NCBI GenBank assembly: GCA_023920165.1
Contig: CP089274.1
Location: forward strand, 3,534,001-3,598,000
Source of the DNA: Curvularia clavata
Taxonomy: Eukaryota
Length of the DNA: 64,000 nucleotides
Direction of reading: 5' to 3'
Position numbers and translations under genes: made by a program. This document shows positions 13,497 through 26,406 of this stretch, one piece after another (within the stretch, counting starts at the first letter, position 1; each line of letters starts with the position of its first letter). Under the pieces are notes generated by a model, which worked only from the letters and a program-made list of their open reading frames with translations, was not told the origin of the DNA and ran no database searches.

Positions 13497-14699
13497 CTAC
13501 TTCCCATTGACCCCATTCTCCTCTTCCTTCCTCCCCTGTCCATTTACCAGGCTGGGCAAATTCGGCCTCGGGTTACCTTCATATGACTTTGCACACTTCC
13601 ACCCAGCCTCCAACGAGTCCGCCATCAGCCTTGTCAAGCCCCAGACATCGAATTGAACAACAATGGCACGAGAACCGGTCTCAATCGCCATCGGCAGCTG
13701 ATCCAGGCTAAGAACACCACTACAGATACATCACACATTAGCCGACTGGATCCTTGAGAGAATGAAGCAGTATTTCAAGGGAGGGAACGCAAAACGGTAA
13801 CATACCCAAATATTGGCACATCGTTCTTTGCTGCTGCAGCACTGAACCTGCCCATGTACTCAAGGAATTTGGGATCGGGATTGCCGTTGAGGAAAGAACC
13901 AATGTCCATTCCAGCATCGATCATGAAGTCGCCTGGGCCGAACATGAGACCGGAAATGCCCTCTACGGCAGCAATCTCTTCGACATTCTCAATTCCCTTG
14001 AGCGACTCGATTTGTGGAATGAGGCAGACGTGGTTGTTTGCGGTTGCAACGTTGTAAGGGTCATTTGGGTAGAGAGACTGGGCTAGGCCGGGGGTGAAGT
14101 TCCACGGGGAGAAGGAACGGTTGCCCTTTCCTCCTGTGCAATTATGTTATTATGGGATTTCTAGAGGGAAATGTGGGGTATGAGCAAGGAAGTGGCAAGG
14201 AGAGAGAAACCAACCACCAAAGTACATCTGCTTCATAAAGTCTCTGACTTCTTGTGCGGACTCAACGTGTGGGATGATGATGCCTGCACATCCTGCGTCA
14301 AGCGCAGTCGTAAGACTGATTTCATCGTGTTTCGGTACACGGCAAAGGACCATCGACTTTCCCTCTGAGTGGTGCTGGGCAGCATGAATACAGCTTAAAT
14401 CGTTTGTGAGTAAATAGGCCCCCACCAGTCACCTCTGAAACTTACTCATGAAGCGTCAACCGATCGAACATGGCATGCTCAACATCCAGCCAGATAAAAT
14501 CCGGCTTCGTACTAGCGATGAGCTTAGTTACGAATGTGCTAGGGATTCCATGTGCAATGCCAATCAGACTTTTGCTGGCGTCAGCCTGAGCATCTTTGAG
14601 TGCTTGACGAAGATTGGCGGGCTGTGTGAGAGAGGCAGCGCGGTAAGGAGCGTTTGCGTGTAGCGAAGGTTGCTCGCTAAAAGGAGTAAAAGTGGACAT
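13497..14699 (-). CDS. HpcH/HpaI aldolase/citrate lyase family (class II pyruvate aldolase)
   Basis: Four exons joined by GT-AG introns. Motifs DFIWLDVEHA, ALDAGCAGIIIPHVES, LIPQIES and MFGPGDF. Confidence 0.9.
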
Positions 14700-15717
14700 T
14701 TTGGGCAGACAGCAAGACGGTGCAATCTATATGATAATGGTCGATGTTGTGGACGAAATTGACACAACAGAAGATGTCAAGAAGAACTGACGGACTGTTG
14801 ACTTGGGCTGTCTGTAAGGGATACTGTAGGGTGTTTTATAGTGTCCCGTTATCATCGTCCATGCACAGAAGATCAGGCAGCATTACGGTATGTTTCCATG
14901 CATGTCTTGGTTCGGCTGTGGATACCATGCTGGACGAAATTAGTCGGACTTAGCGGGAGGCATGTCCATCTCTGAAGCGAGTATGAGTGATGTATCTAAG
15001 CCAAGCGCTTATCGACCAAGACACACCATACCTCTAGAATATGCGCATCGCAATGACAGTGGGGCAATTGCTGACAGGATTTAGGCATTCAGTTATAACC
15101 ATTGGGAAAGGCTAAATGGCTTGTATGCTGTGCCGCGTAGCTCTTGGGTACCATAACATACGTTGAATAGCTCAGAGGCGAAGCAAAATGCACGTAAGCG
15201 CTTGTTTATTCTTGGACAGAACTACTCAGATTACTAACAAATGCGAAGCTGACGTATTGGAATATTCATTGGCTGCAACATTCCAGATAAAATCTGATGA
15301 ACAAAGAGGGTGTAACGTGGACGAAGATTGTTCCGATTGACAAAGCAGACCTAGAATGTGACGGGAATTAAGCCTGTGCATCTCCGTCCACTTTTTAGAC
15401 GAATGGCAGGCTGGGACAATTTACCCACACTCCCCACTGCATGTGTCAGCCGCACCGGGGAACTCGGCAACACCCCATGACTAACGCTTAACTCCGAAGT
15501 CCAGGTTCCGAAACAGCGATCAAATCTCTCACCAGAGCCATTAACTAGATCTGGAAAAAGAGGCATCGCTGGGTGAAAGAAGCCTATCTCCATCTTAAAC
15601 AGGCTATCGTGGCGGGGCGTCCAACTAATAGAACTGGCCCAGTACTACTATGGACATGTGTAATTAGGTTGCCAACACACCATTTGTTTCGTGTCGGATC
15701 AGTCCCTCGTAGATCGC

Positions 15718-16056
15718 TCATGTACTTCTTAAGTTGGTCGGGGGTGGCGCTAATGTTGAGGACGTTCCAGGTCGATCTGATGTTGACGGCGTTTGTGACA
15801 CATATGAAATTTGGGATGAGCTGCTCTGCGAGATGCTCGGGGCTCTTGTCACCGTAACCGCAATGTCACACTTCTCCGAGAGTTCCATCTCTTCTACCGA
15901 CAGGATGCCTGTATTTTCCTTTCGCTTCTTGCGATTTGGGAGGTCCCAAATGATGGCAGCGATGATTATAAGACTGAGGACACCTATTATACCGCCAACT
16001 ACAATGATGGCGAGTACCATAAGAGAAATGCCGCCAATGGAATCGGTGGTGGTCAT
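15718..16056 (-). CDS. Putative small single-pass membrane protein (112 aa)
   Basis: ATG 16056, one strongly hydrophobic helix (ISLMVLAIIVVGGIIGVLSLIIIAAIIW), basic stop-transfer RKKRK, then a Ser/Thr-rich tail. No homology recognised. Confidence 0.55.
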   Translation of the reverse strand: MTTTDSIGGISLMVLAIIVVGGIIGVLSLIIIAAIIWDLPNRKKRKENTGILSVEEMELSEKCDIAVTVTRAPSISQSSSSQISYVSQTPSTSDRPGTSSTLAPPPTNLRST

Positions 16057-17830
16057 AATGGGCAACGAGCGATTTGAACGAAGGGTTTGGTTGTATGCGA
16101 GGAAATATTGACAAGAATTATCCGACACCTTTGTCTATAGTAGAGAGTCTGATTATTTGTATAAGAACATATATTAAAAAGATTAGTGCTGAGGTGTAGG
16201 CGATACTTCAACCATCCTGCTACTCATCGACACCTTATGTTTGAAAGCACGTCCCTCATCGAAGCAAACCCCTCTTCTCCCCTCGTTTTCCCTATTAGTA
16301 CCGCATCGGATGAGAAGCGACGCAATGCCCGTTAGGCTCGCTCAGCCATTCGGTTCCATGGTAGGACAAACGCTCGGTTGACGACTTTCCCGCCATGTCC
16401 ATGCACTACCCCATTTCCTCCTTACTGGCAGCACAAGGTACACAGCTAGGCGGCATTAATCTGGGATTTTGTTGAATTTGGTGGCTAGGCTGTTAGGTGC
16501 TTTCCCCCTTCCTCTGAGCTTCACTTCCCTTTTCGCATAGAGAGCAAGGACTTTGTTTTTGTTGAACCTCCCTTGGCTGTATGCTGGATCATCCAGCACG
16601 AGCCATTTTGGTGAACAAGGAGCTGAAAAGGGGGTTCGATTGGCGCCTCAGATTTTCTGGAACTGCGCACAGCCTGAGGGTTCGTGTGATATACGCAAAC
16701 AAAAAGAGCACGAGATGTTTTCTTGCCACATCCTGTTCTTGAGGCATTTATCGCCTCAAATGGCCAGTGAGGGCTGTTGGTATATTCGCGATATTGAGAA
16801 AGAATAGCAACAGGCACTCATATTCGTCACTTATAGACTATCATGCTGAACAACTAGGTAGCCTTGGCATCCAAATGACTACCACGGCTCATTATCATAG
16901 GCAATCCTTACACTTTATTGTTTCAAGATAATTTATTCGAATGACTTGGCTACAGCTCCAAAGCATATATTCCATCTGCTCTGTGTATAATTTTGGCGTC
17001 GTTGATGAAGACTCACACCATGCATCCATGATTTCTCAGTTATTATAAAAGTAGGTTAGAACACCAATGCGTTTTGAGCCTGCAAGTCTCAATCCGTATC
17101 CCCTTTTGTCAAAGGTCCGAGCGCGTTATTGGTGATAGGGTTGTTTTTCTACCCACATCCTGTATACACAGTGAGTGTAACCAAGCCTCATTGCACCCTT
17201 GGCAAAAGCTGGGGTGAAGTGTAACAGCACACACTAGTTCTTGCAATCTTTGTGCTAGAAAGACAGTTGAAGACTTTACAAGGAAGAGCGATGGGTGGTG
17301 TATTCGCAGTCGATCATTTTTTACTCGTATTGATCCCGCATAATATTGTAACCCTCACTGACCTCTGTTGGCTCCGGTTAGTTCGAGGAGTTCATGCTAG
17401 TTGTAGGGACAGGGCACTGGGCCAAATGCTAACCTAGTGTAGGGCTATTGGAGGCTCTGTATTAGGGCTTTAGCCAAAAGTAAAAACAATGCTGGGGACC
17501 AAACAAGCAAAAAGGGCGACTGTATTGTTGGGTAGATTCAAGACGGTCAAAGCGTCTCAGGGGACATTCAAGGAGCACAACCACTTTGATGATCGAGCTG
17601 AGCCAATTGAGATGATGCCCAGTGGTTGAATTTTCCACAAAATTTCCTCTGAGTGTGGTGTTACGACGAGAAAAAGCAGCAACCATGAATGTTGTAGTTG
17701 GTTCTTCTATTTCACAGTAGAGTGTGTAGCCACGATGCTATGCTAGTAGATGATTATGTTAATGACGAACGGCGATAATGTGCTCATTCATCAACCTGAA
17801 TCTGGAAAAGAAGCCATCCTCCTGTTCGAT

Positions 17831-18514
17831 TCACATCTTGATATCGAAGCTTGTTCCACATCCACAACTACTCGTCGCTCCCGGTATGCCCGTAATCTTG
17901 AACTGACTGCCGATGAGTTCCATTGTATAGTCGACGGTGCTCCCATTCAGAAGTTCCAGACTCGGCTCGTCAACGACGACCTTTTCTCCCTTCTCGCCTT
18001 CGAATACAGTATCTTCCTCTGTAGGTGGGTTCTTTGACAGATCGGTTAGATCCATGAGATATTGGAAGCCATGACATCCACCGCTCTCGATGGTCACACG
18101 CAGCGCGAGGTTCGGATTGTTGTCGCCTCTAGAAATCTTATAGAGGCGATTCGATGCACGTGGGGCTATGGAAATCATCATAGGCTTGCCCGAGTCGTCG
18201 GTCCGCGGGTTCTGAATTGGACGAGCGGGCTTAGCAGTTGAGGCATCGGAGGAAGTCGCAAGGGCTCGTCGCGGAAAGTCTGGTGCCTGTAAGAAGGCCG
18301 AATCCCGTGCTATTTTATGCGCTGAAGCTCTCCGTGGTACGGTGAATGGTGCTAGGACGTCAAAGTATAGTGGCTGCGAAGTGGCGCGCGAGGCGGCGAC
18401 CCTGCTATGCGCCCTCGCGAATTGTGGTACGACTTTTGGAGGCGTGGCTGTCTTTGCTCCGGCAGTTCTCCTCGCTGCACGCCAGCATGATGCGCATATA
18501 GTGGATGATGACAT
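17831..18514 (-). CDS. ISA2: Mitochondrial iron-sulfur cluster assembly protein Isa2 (HesB/IscA family)
   Basis: Arg/Ala-rich presequence; ESGGCHGFQY and SSCGCGTSF motifs. Confidence 0.92.
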   Translation of the reverse strand: MSSSTICASCWRAARRTAGAKTATPPKVVPQFARAHSRVAASRATSQPLYFDVLAPFTVPRRASAHKIARDSAFLQAPDFPRRALATSSDASTAKPARPIQNPRTDDSGKPMMISIAPRASNRLYKISRGDNNPNLALRVTIESGGCHGFQYLMDLTDLSKNPPTEEDTVFEGEKGEKVVVDEPSLELLNGSTVDYTMELIGSQFKITGIPGATSSCGCGTSFDIKM

Positions 18515-18857
18515 TATCGTAATATCGAAGATGTCCGGGGCGATGTCCGAGGTGGAGGAATCGTGAATCTGAGGTCATAAGCTAGGAATGCCAGAAGAAA
18601 GAGGTCCAATCAGTATTGCCTGTCACATCGGGTTCTGGACCGCTTAGTCAGAATGCCACCCCACCTTGTGCCGCCGCCACCCTCTATCGTATGAGCCACC
18701 GATTTGTTACAGCCAGCCCTACCCGTTCAAGCTATCTACTTATCGCGCATAATGCTTAAATTATTTCAAGGAACAGACGTTTTTTATCTCTGACCTTGGC
18801 ACCTCATGCGCCCTGATTTCTTAAAGCTCTAACCTGATTTCCTTTCTCCCCACAACA

Positions 18858-20424
18858 ATGCCTTACGGACATAACCCTTATCTAGCGATACCGGAGGCCG
18901 AACTTTGCGCTGAGCAATTTGCGCGACGCGAAGACGCGAGCGACGGATTGAGCAAGTTGAGAAATGAGTTTATCATACCAACCAAAGGCGATCTGAGGAA
19001 CCGTAAATATGGATTTCAGCAGAAGGGAAAAAACGCTGCTTCGCAGTCAGACGACAATGAGGAATGCATATACTTTTGCGGAAACTCACTTGGGCTCCAA
19101 CCGCGGAGAACAAAGGAATATATCAATCGCTACCTCGACACTTGGGCTTCCAAGGGTGTCTTTGGACATTTCACTAATTATGAGGGAGGTCTTCCGCCAT
19201 GGCTACATATCGACGACGCGATCAAGAATCAAACGGCCAATATTGTCGGCGCGCTTCCCAGTGAAGTCGTCGTCATGGAAACATTGACTGCCAATCTTCA
19301 CCTGCTGATGGCAAGCTTTTACCGACCGACGAAAGATAGGTGGAAGATCATCATCGAGGGCAAAGCATTTCCTAGTGACCATGTATGCGACCCGTTTCTA
19401 AATTGCTGTTCGTTAGTAACTGATGACATGATAGTATGCCGCTCTCTCGCAGATTGCACACCACAACCTCGATCCCTCCGCATTGATCACCATTGACCCG
19501 CCGTCAGCGTCTTCGCCTTACCTATCGAACGAACACATCCTGTCTGTTATCTCACACCATGCCCCAAGTACCGCCCTCGTTCTTCTACCTGGCATACAGT
19601 TCTACTCTGGCCAATTCTTCGACATTGAGCTCATAACACGCCATTGTCGATCGCTGGGCATTACAGTTGGCTGGGATTTGGCGCACGCGACTGGAAATGT
19701 ACCTCTGAAACTGCACGACTGGAATGTTGATTTTGCAGCATGGTGCAACTACAAGTACATGAATGGCGGCCCAGGAGTCATTGGTGGACTCTTTGTTCAT
19801 GAAAGGCATGGCAAGGTGGAGCAAGTACCTACAACACAAACAAATGGTACACGAAACACATCAGGAGGCGTACAGCTCTCCTACCGTCCGCGCCTAAGTG
19901 GATGGTGGGGGAGTGACAAGGACAGCAGGTTTCAGATGGAGAACAAATTCGTCCCTATCGCAGGTGCCAGCGGCTTCCAACTCAGCAACCCCAGCGCGCT
20001 GGACATGACCTCAGTAATGGCGAGTTTAGATGTCTTTTCACTAACCACCATGGATGCCCTACGACAGCGCAGCCTCAAACTGACTGCATACCTCGAAGCC
20101 CGACTTTTAAAGTATCCACATGGCGAACCACCGTACAAGATCATCACACCCGCGAATCCCACTGAACGGGGCGCACAGATTAGCGTGCTTCTGAACCCGG
20201 GTTTACTGGATCAAGTCCAGCATTACATTGAGGGACGCGGTGTAGTGGTAGACGAACGCAAGCCTGATGTACTGAGGGTTGCGCCCGCACCGTTGTACAA
20301 CTCCTTCCACGATATTTATCGTTTCATTACCATCTTCCACGAGGCATGTCGCATAGCCACACAGGGCGCGGGAAAGAAAATTATACACAATGATCAGGTT
20401 CCAAGGGGCATCGCGACAGTGTGA
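18858..20424 (+). CDS. BNA5: Kynureninase (PLP-dependent)
   Basis: [29 protein letters not shown] across intron 19383-19434, [22 protein letters not shown] and [10 protein letters not shown]. Confidence 0.95.
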
Positions 20425-20702
20425 GCCGAGCAGTTCTTGGACGAGGTTTCGTCCGGTGGAATTTGCTCGTCAACGAGCGATGTAATTTTTAATACAATAT
20501 CCCAAACATGCATATATACCCAAAATCAATGAAGAAGTTAGCTTAAATATCGTGATTGCAGAAAATCGTTAATTCGAAAAAGCGCAATATTACACAACTA
20601 AACGTCGTTGTCGTGTCATAATATCTGGCCATACAAAGCCTCATCATGAGAGATACTTAGGAAACGCCTATTGGTATCCAGACGTGCACCCAACCCATTT
20701 CC

Positions 20703-23700
20703 CTATGCCTTGAGCGCAAAAGAAAAGAGACTATCCATCTGCACCCACTGCCTTCCGTTTCTTTCCAACCACCTCTCCACCACACCCTTGAGTGTATCAA
20801 ATCTCTCCCTGTTCACTTCAGCCAAAACCTTCATCCTCTCTTTTTTCTCCATATCTTCAGACTTGATACCGCCGTTCATCTTCGCTACGCGATCGACATC
20901 AAACAGAGATTGATAATACAGAAGTTGGTTCCATACATCGCGTTCTTTGATCTCATAGCTCATCCTGCCCAAGCAATCGCGAGCAAGGCCCTTGGGACCT
21001 AAGCAGCGATGCCCGTAGACAGAGATGCTGCGTGTGCGATTTGAGCATTGTGGATCGTCACAAAGAACGTAGCCCGCGTAATAGGAGGCGACGACCTGGC
21101 GGATTGCAGACTCCAGTTGTGCTACTACGCTGATGTTTTGTAATGTTACGCCACAGCCGTCTGCGGGACATTGAATTCCACTGTGTGAGATTGTTTGTAA
21201 GGACACCATAGTCGATGAAGACGAGAGCCCCTCGAAAGGGAAGACAGTTGTACAGGCTCGGCAGCGTAGCCAAAGCGGTGAGCAGGATTGAAAGCGTACG
21301 GAGTCTGGAATCTGGGACTCGAGAGGGTGGATTTCGGTATCCTGTTGGGCTCCGCCAGAGACTGTGCTAACGCGATATTTGGAGGTATCGAGCCCAAGAC
21401 AAGCCGCAAGAAGAGTGATGTTTGTGCCACTGATAGGGGCACAGAGACGCTCTACTGGTGGCAGAATCTGTTTGTGAAGGTAGTAGTCAATATCTGGCTT
21501 CAACTCGCTGTCCGGTTTCAGGACTTCATCAACTGGATAGGCGTTTTTAGCCGCATTCTCAGCGGACCCTGAAGAATCTCCAGTGATGATGAAGCTCATG
21601 ACGTCCTTTGCTTTGACGTGTTTGCCCTTAGCCATGAGACGTAAAGCAACTTGCACAGAGGGCATGGAGTTGCCGTTGGGGTATTCCTTGGGATTCTTTC
21701 CGAGTTGCGTGTAGATGGTGTATTTTCGAGGCGGAATGGCATATTCGCGCATCTGCTTGCTAAGTTCGCGTAGGTGATTGTGAATCTTCTCGACGACTAC
21801 CTCAGGGTCTTCACCACTGAGAAGGAAATTGAGCAATTCGCTGAAATATTGTCAGCAAAGTGTGATAATTATTCACAAGCTTTGAACTTACGTCGAGGTT
21901 TCCTTGGAGAGAGCGCAGTATTCTCTGCGTCTCATGTCGAGACCCTTGACTTCCAGCTTCTCAATATACTTGCCATCGATAGGCACCATGTTGATAGCGG
22001 CGTATTTCTTCTTTGCGTGTAACAGGATTCGTCGGAACACATTGTCAATATCGATCTCTAACAACCTGTAACTGTCGTTGACTTCCTTCTTGAATTCATT
22101 GCCGAGCTTGAGCGCATCCTGAATGTTATCGACGTTGGTGTTGATCATGACGGAGTCAGTATCACCGTAGATGACACGAAGTGCCTTTTCTTCAGCCATG
22201 TCCTTGGTCTTTCGCAAAATCTCACGACCCTTGTATGTGGTGAGCATCGCAAGTGGTCGAGCATAGAAACGGGACTTGGTGTATCCTAAACATCCGTACA
22301 TGGAGTTGGCAGTGAGCTTCAAGGCCATTTGCTTGATGTCCCAAGTGGCTAACTGATCTGGAGTAGCATCTTTAGCCTTCATGAGTTTCTTTACCTCCCG
22401 ACGCCGAGAGACAAGCGTAGCGATAAGGCGCGGCAAGATACCCTGTTCTTGGTCTGTAGGAACTTCGGGCACCTTGTCGTCATCTTCCGAGATGTCAGAT
22501 CGCTCCACAGTTGTGAAACAGATATTGTACTCCTGAATGATACTGGGGTAAAGGGAATTGAAGTCCATGACCAGGATGAACTTGTCGTATAGACCCTTTT
22601 CGGGCTCGAAAACAAGACCACCCTTGAATTTGTCTTTCTTCTTGGCATCTGCTCCTTCTTCTCCCTCGGCCGCCTCGTCCTCTGCCTTGACTTTGCTCTT
22701 GCCCCATTGCTTGTCTGGGCAAATGTATTTGTTCCGATAAAACTCGTGGAGCAAAATGTACTCGTTGCGTTCAGCGCGAGTTCCACTCAGTGTGCGAGCC
22801 CAAGAATTGCCAGCCAAGTTGGTCAGAACCTTGGTGAGGGGGAGCATCTGCACCTTGATCGCTATGGCAGCGATAAAGTAGGCATCGGCTTGGCAATGCT
22901 TGACATAATTTACGAGACCTTCCTTTGTCGTTGCCCAGGTCTTCAAAGCGGCTTCATTGTCGAGCTCCTTGCGTCGCTGGTTAAGGCCAAGCTGACACAT
23001 CTCCTCCAGACTCCACGATTGGCACTTGGGCATGAGAGACTTTCCAAGATCATTGGCCAAATCACACAACAAGCGGCCGGAAGCCAGTTGCTTCTCAGCG
23101 AAGAAGCTCCCTCCGCCCTTGCCCATGCTCTTGGGCCAGTCGCTCCTCTTGAGACGTCCAACGCGGTGCCACCCCGGGGTTTTCTTTTCTCGCAGGCGAT
23201 TAAGCAGGACACTATAATCTACATCATCCAGACGATGGCCAACAAGAACATCCGGATCATGGCGTTGGAACATTGCCATCAGAAGACTGAGAAGTTCTTG
23301 TTCGGTCTTTTTGAGGTACATGTTACCCTTGATCTTCTCGACTTCACCCTGAAAGCCTATAGGGAAAGCAGGCCCGTTTGGCCGCATAATGGTAAAACTC
23401 TTGCACTGCATCTGGTCGGCGGGTGTAGTGTCGGTCAGCGAGAAGTTGTCGTAGATCATAGCACTGGCCATCAGGATCTCCTGCTTGTTGTCCTTCGCGT
23501 TGAACGTGGTTCGAAGTGAGATACTCATCAGTGTCATGGGAGGCGCATCCAGGTTGTCCGAAGCACTCAAAACAGTAATGTTGTTGGGCTTTTTGACCTG
23601 GGCTTCGAGCTTACACCAAGAAGCATTGGCAACAGCCCCAAAATCAGGTGCTTCGATCTTCAGCCAGCATGGACCCATGATGTTCTTCCAGAGAACGAAT

Positions 23701-25260
23701 TGCTCAAAAAGGGAGGTGTTGGTTCCAAAAACGTGAGAAAATGTCTCTCCTGTTAAGTCAACAGACAGGGGCATCTTATCGTATCCGTACAGGAGTTTGA
23801 GGTAATCTGCCTCCTTAGGTATGTCGGCCAATTCGAAAGCGTACTTTCTCGAACATGGTTTGACCTTGTACGGATTAACACGGTGCTTGCTCATGATCGA
23901 ATCCACCTCGTTTGACACAGCTTCTAGATCAACTTCCTCGTCGGTGGTTATTCCCCTAACTTGACGGTATTCTCGGGGCAGGAAATACAGCTTTCGTAAG
24001 ATGTTGTCAACTTTTAGGAAGCAACTGACGTAATTGCCGGATTTGCGGTCTTTGACTTTGCCGAACAAGCACAGGCTGCCATTGATTTCGGTGTAGTCGA
24101 TCCAGAACATGCGCAAGCTACCGTCATCCTCCAATGCATCCTGGGGATTCAATTTGCCTATTGTTGCGGTCTGGGGAGCGGGACTGCTCATGACATTGAG
24201 ATTACTTGTGACATCATTCCACGAGGAAGCATCGACCTGTGCCGTGGACGGTTTGATGGGCGATGAGCCAGGTGTAGGTGGGTCCTCCTTTTTTATCTTT
24301 GCTATTGGGCGTCGGCCAGCCATATTCACGCTGGCAACGGGGGCACCAGATTGACCAGTGGGCTGAGCAATCTCCATGAGATCCTCCTCTTCTTCCTCTA
24401 TCTTCACTGCAGGCTGTGTTCTGCGCTCCACGGCCTTTGCGACTGGTGACGATTGGAGTGGAGGATCGCTCATTGGAACATCGTCGTCAAATATTGGAAG
24501 CCCATCGTCGTCTGCATCTGCAGTTGCCGGTGGTGGTGTACCTGGCATGTGACTGTCGGGGTCATTCGTCCGTCGCTTTGTCGCCGTCAGACGGTTCTCA
24601 GATACGGGAGGAGACAGCACACGAGTCTTCCGCCTTGCTTCGGTTTTGATGGGTCTTGTTCGGATAGTAGATGAGTGGATGGGGTTTGTGTCTATCTCGC
24701 CTAGCAGATCATCCATGAAATCTTTGTCGGCGGCGGTAGCAACAGGCTGGAGATGTTAGCTCACTGTCGGATATGGCTGGATACCAGGTTCTCACCTTGG
24801 TTTTTGGTGCCATGGCAGCATTCTTTGCACTGAAGTACTTGCTAATGCCATTGTCAATCTTCTTCCGCTTCTCTTCGTCTTCTTCGCGTTTCCGTTTGGC
24901 TGCTGTGTGTCAGTTCTGCCGATTAAGTCTTCGTGTGCATTGGATCCTACCGGCTTTGCCTCTGGCAGGTCTCTCATCCTCTTCTTCACTTTCTGTCCCA
25001 GCATAGCGGTATCGGCCTTGATCATCGTCCCACTCTTCTCTGCCATCGTCGACATATCCCTCGCCCTGGTCGCCGACCACGAAGTCATCTTCATCCAATC
25101 TGCCCCGTACGATCTTCTTGTATCCCTCTTCGTCGACCGTGTCGTATAATTGCTCTTCTTCAGCAACCTCATACGTCGACATACGCGTCTTGCCAGCGGC
25201 GCGATTGGCCCGTAACTCTGCCAAGAGGGCAGCGCCCGTCTTTTTGGCTGGTCGTGGCAT
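20703..25260 (-). CDS. POL1: DNA polymerase alpha catalytic subunit
   Basis: Four exons. N-terminal DDFVV..GYVDDG, family B motifs [22 protein letters not shown] and YGDTDS, and C-terminal Cys zinc fingers. Confidence 0.97.
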
Positions 25261-25378
25261 GATTTATTACAACAGTTAAAGTATGTGAGCAAAAAATCGA
25301 AGAGAAGGAATTGGGTATAGAGCACGCTTGTGAGCGTGTTTGGAGGAATGGCGGGATGACAGATTAGAGCGCAGGAGC

Positions 25379-25412
25379 GACGCGCTAATTGACACCGTGC
25401 ACGCGACGCGAC
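25379..25412. promoter_or_regulatory. MCB-like (CGCG-core) G1/S elements in the POL1/REX2 divergent promoter
   Basis: GACGCG at 25379-25384 and tandem ACGCGACGCGAC at 25401-25412, 120-150 bp upstream of the POL1 ATG. Confidence 0.6.
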
Positions 25413-25508
25413 TGCCCATTAACCACGCCAAGCCGCCATCCCAATTTGTTCGTTCTATTACTTCCCCACTATCAACCACCAGCGCATGCAAGCGCAACAG
25501 ACATCACA

Positions 25509-26141
25509 ATGGCCTCCGTCTCGAAAGCTCCTCTAGTCTGGATAGACTGTGAGGTATGCTTGTAGCACGAATTTCGAATTCATTTCCATTGACCTTACTA
25601 GATGACTGGCCTCGACACCAACAAGGATACAATTATGTCATTTGCCGCATTTGTCACTGATGCAGACTTGAACATCTTGGATGATGCAGGCTATGAAGCC
25701 ATCATTCATCACGATAAGGAACAGCTTGACCGCATGGGGGAATGGTGCACGAGTCATCATGGAGAGTCGGGACTAACACAGGCCTGCATTGACTCTACCA
25801 CCACTGCAGACGAAGCTGCTGAGGGTCTGCTCAGCTACATAAAAAAACACGTTCCCGAACGGCGTACAGCTCTACTTGCGGGAAACTCTGTACACGCTGA
25901 TAAGGCATTCCTCGTCAAGCAGCCCTACAATATCGTCGTCGATCATCTTCACTATCGGATTCTTGATGTTAGCAGTATCAAGGAAGCTGCGCGCAGGTGG
26001 GCCCCTAAAGAGACACTGGCAAAGATTCCAAGGAAGAAGATGTTGCATGAGGCACGACAAGACATCTTGGAGAGTATTGAGGAGGCAAGATACTATCGGC
26101 AAGCGTTCTTCTTGAAGCCTCAAAGCACGACAGCTACATAG
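25509..26141 (+). CDS. REX2: Oligoribonuclease (DEDDh exonuclease)
   Basis: PLVWIDCE|MTGLD across intron 25555-25601; LAGNSVHADKAFL, HLHYRILDVSS and H..RQDILES. Confidence 0.93.
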
Positions 26142-26406
26142 AAGGATTAGGATAGCAATAGATCAAGTCTAAAATGAGAAGACAGGAGCACTGAGCCACG
26201 TAGGCGCGGCCGCACGTGAAACTTAGCCTCCCCAGGCCGACCGGTCTGTTGCCATTAGCCACTGCCGTTTACAGGGCGGGCTGATTTTCTGTTGACTTTA
26301 CGGCCCAGCAACTACCCCAACTACTGTCTCCCATTCCCCTTCTCTTACACCCACAATATTCCACCCACTCCCTAAATTACGCTCATTCACGTCTTCGATC
26401 AACGCC

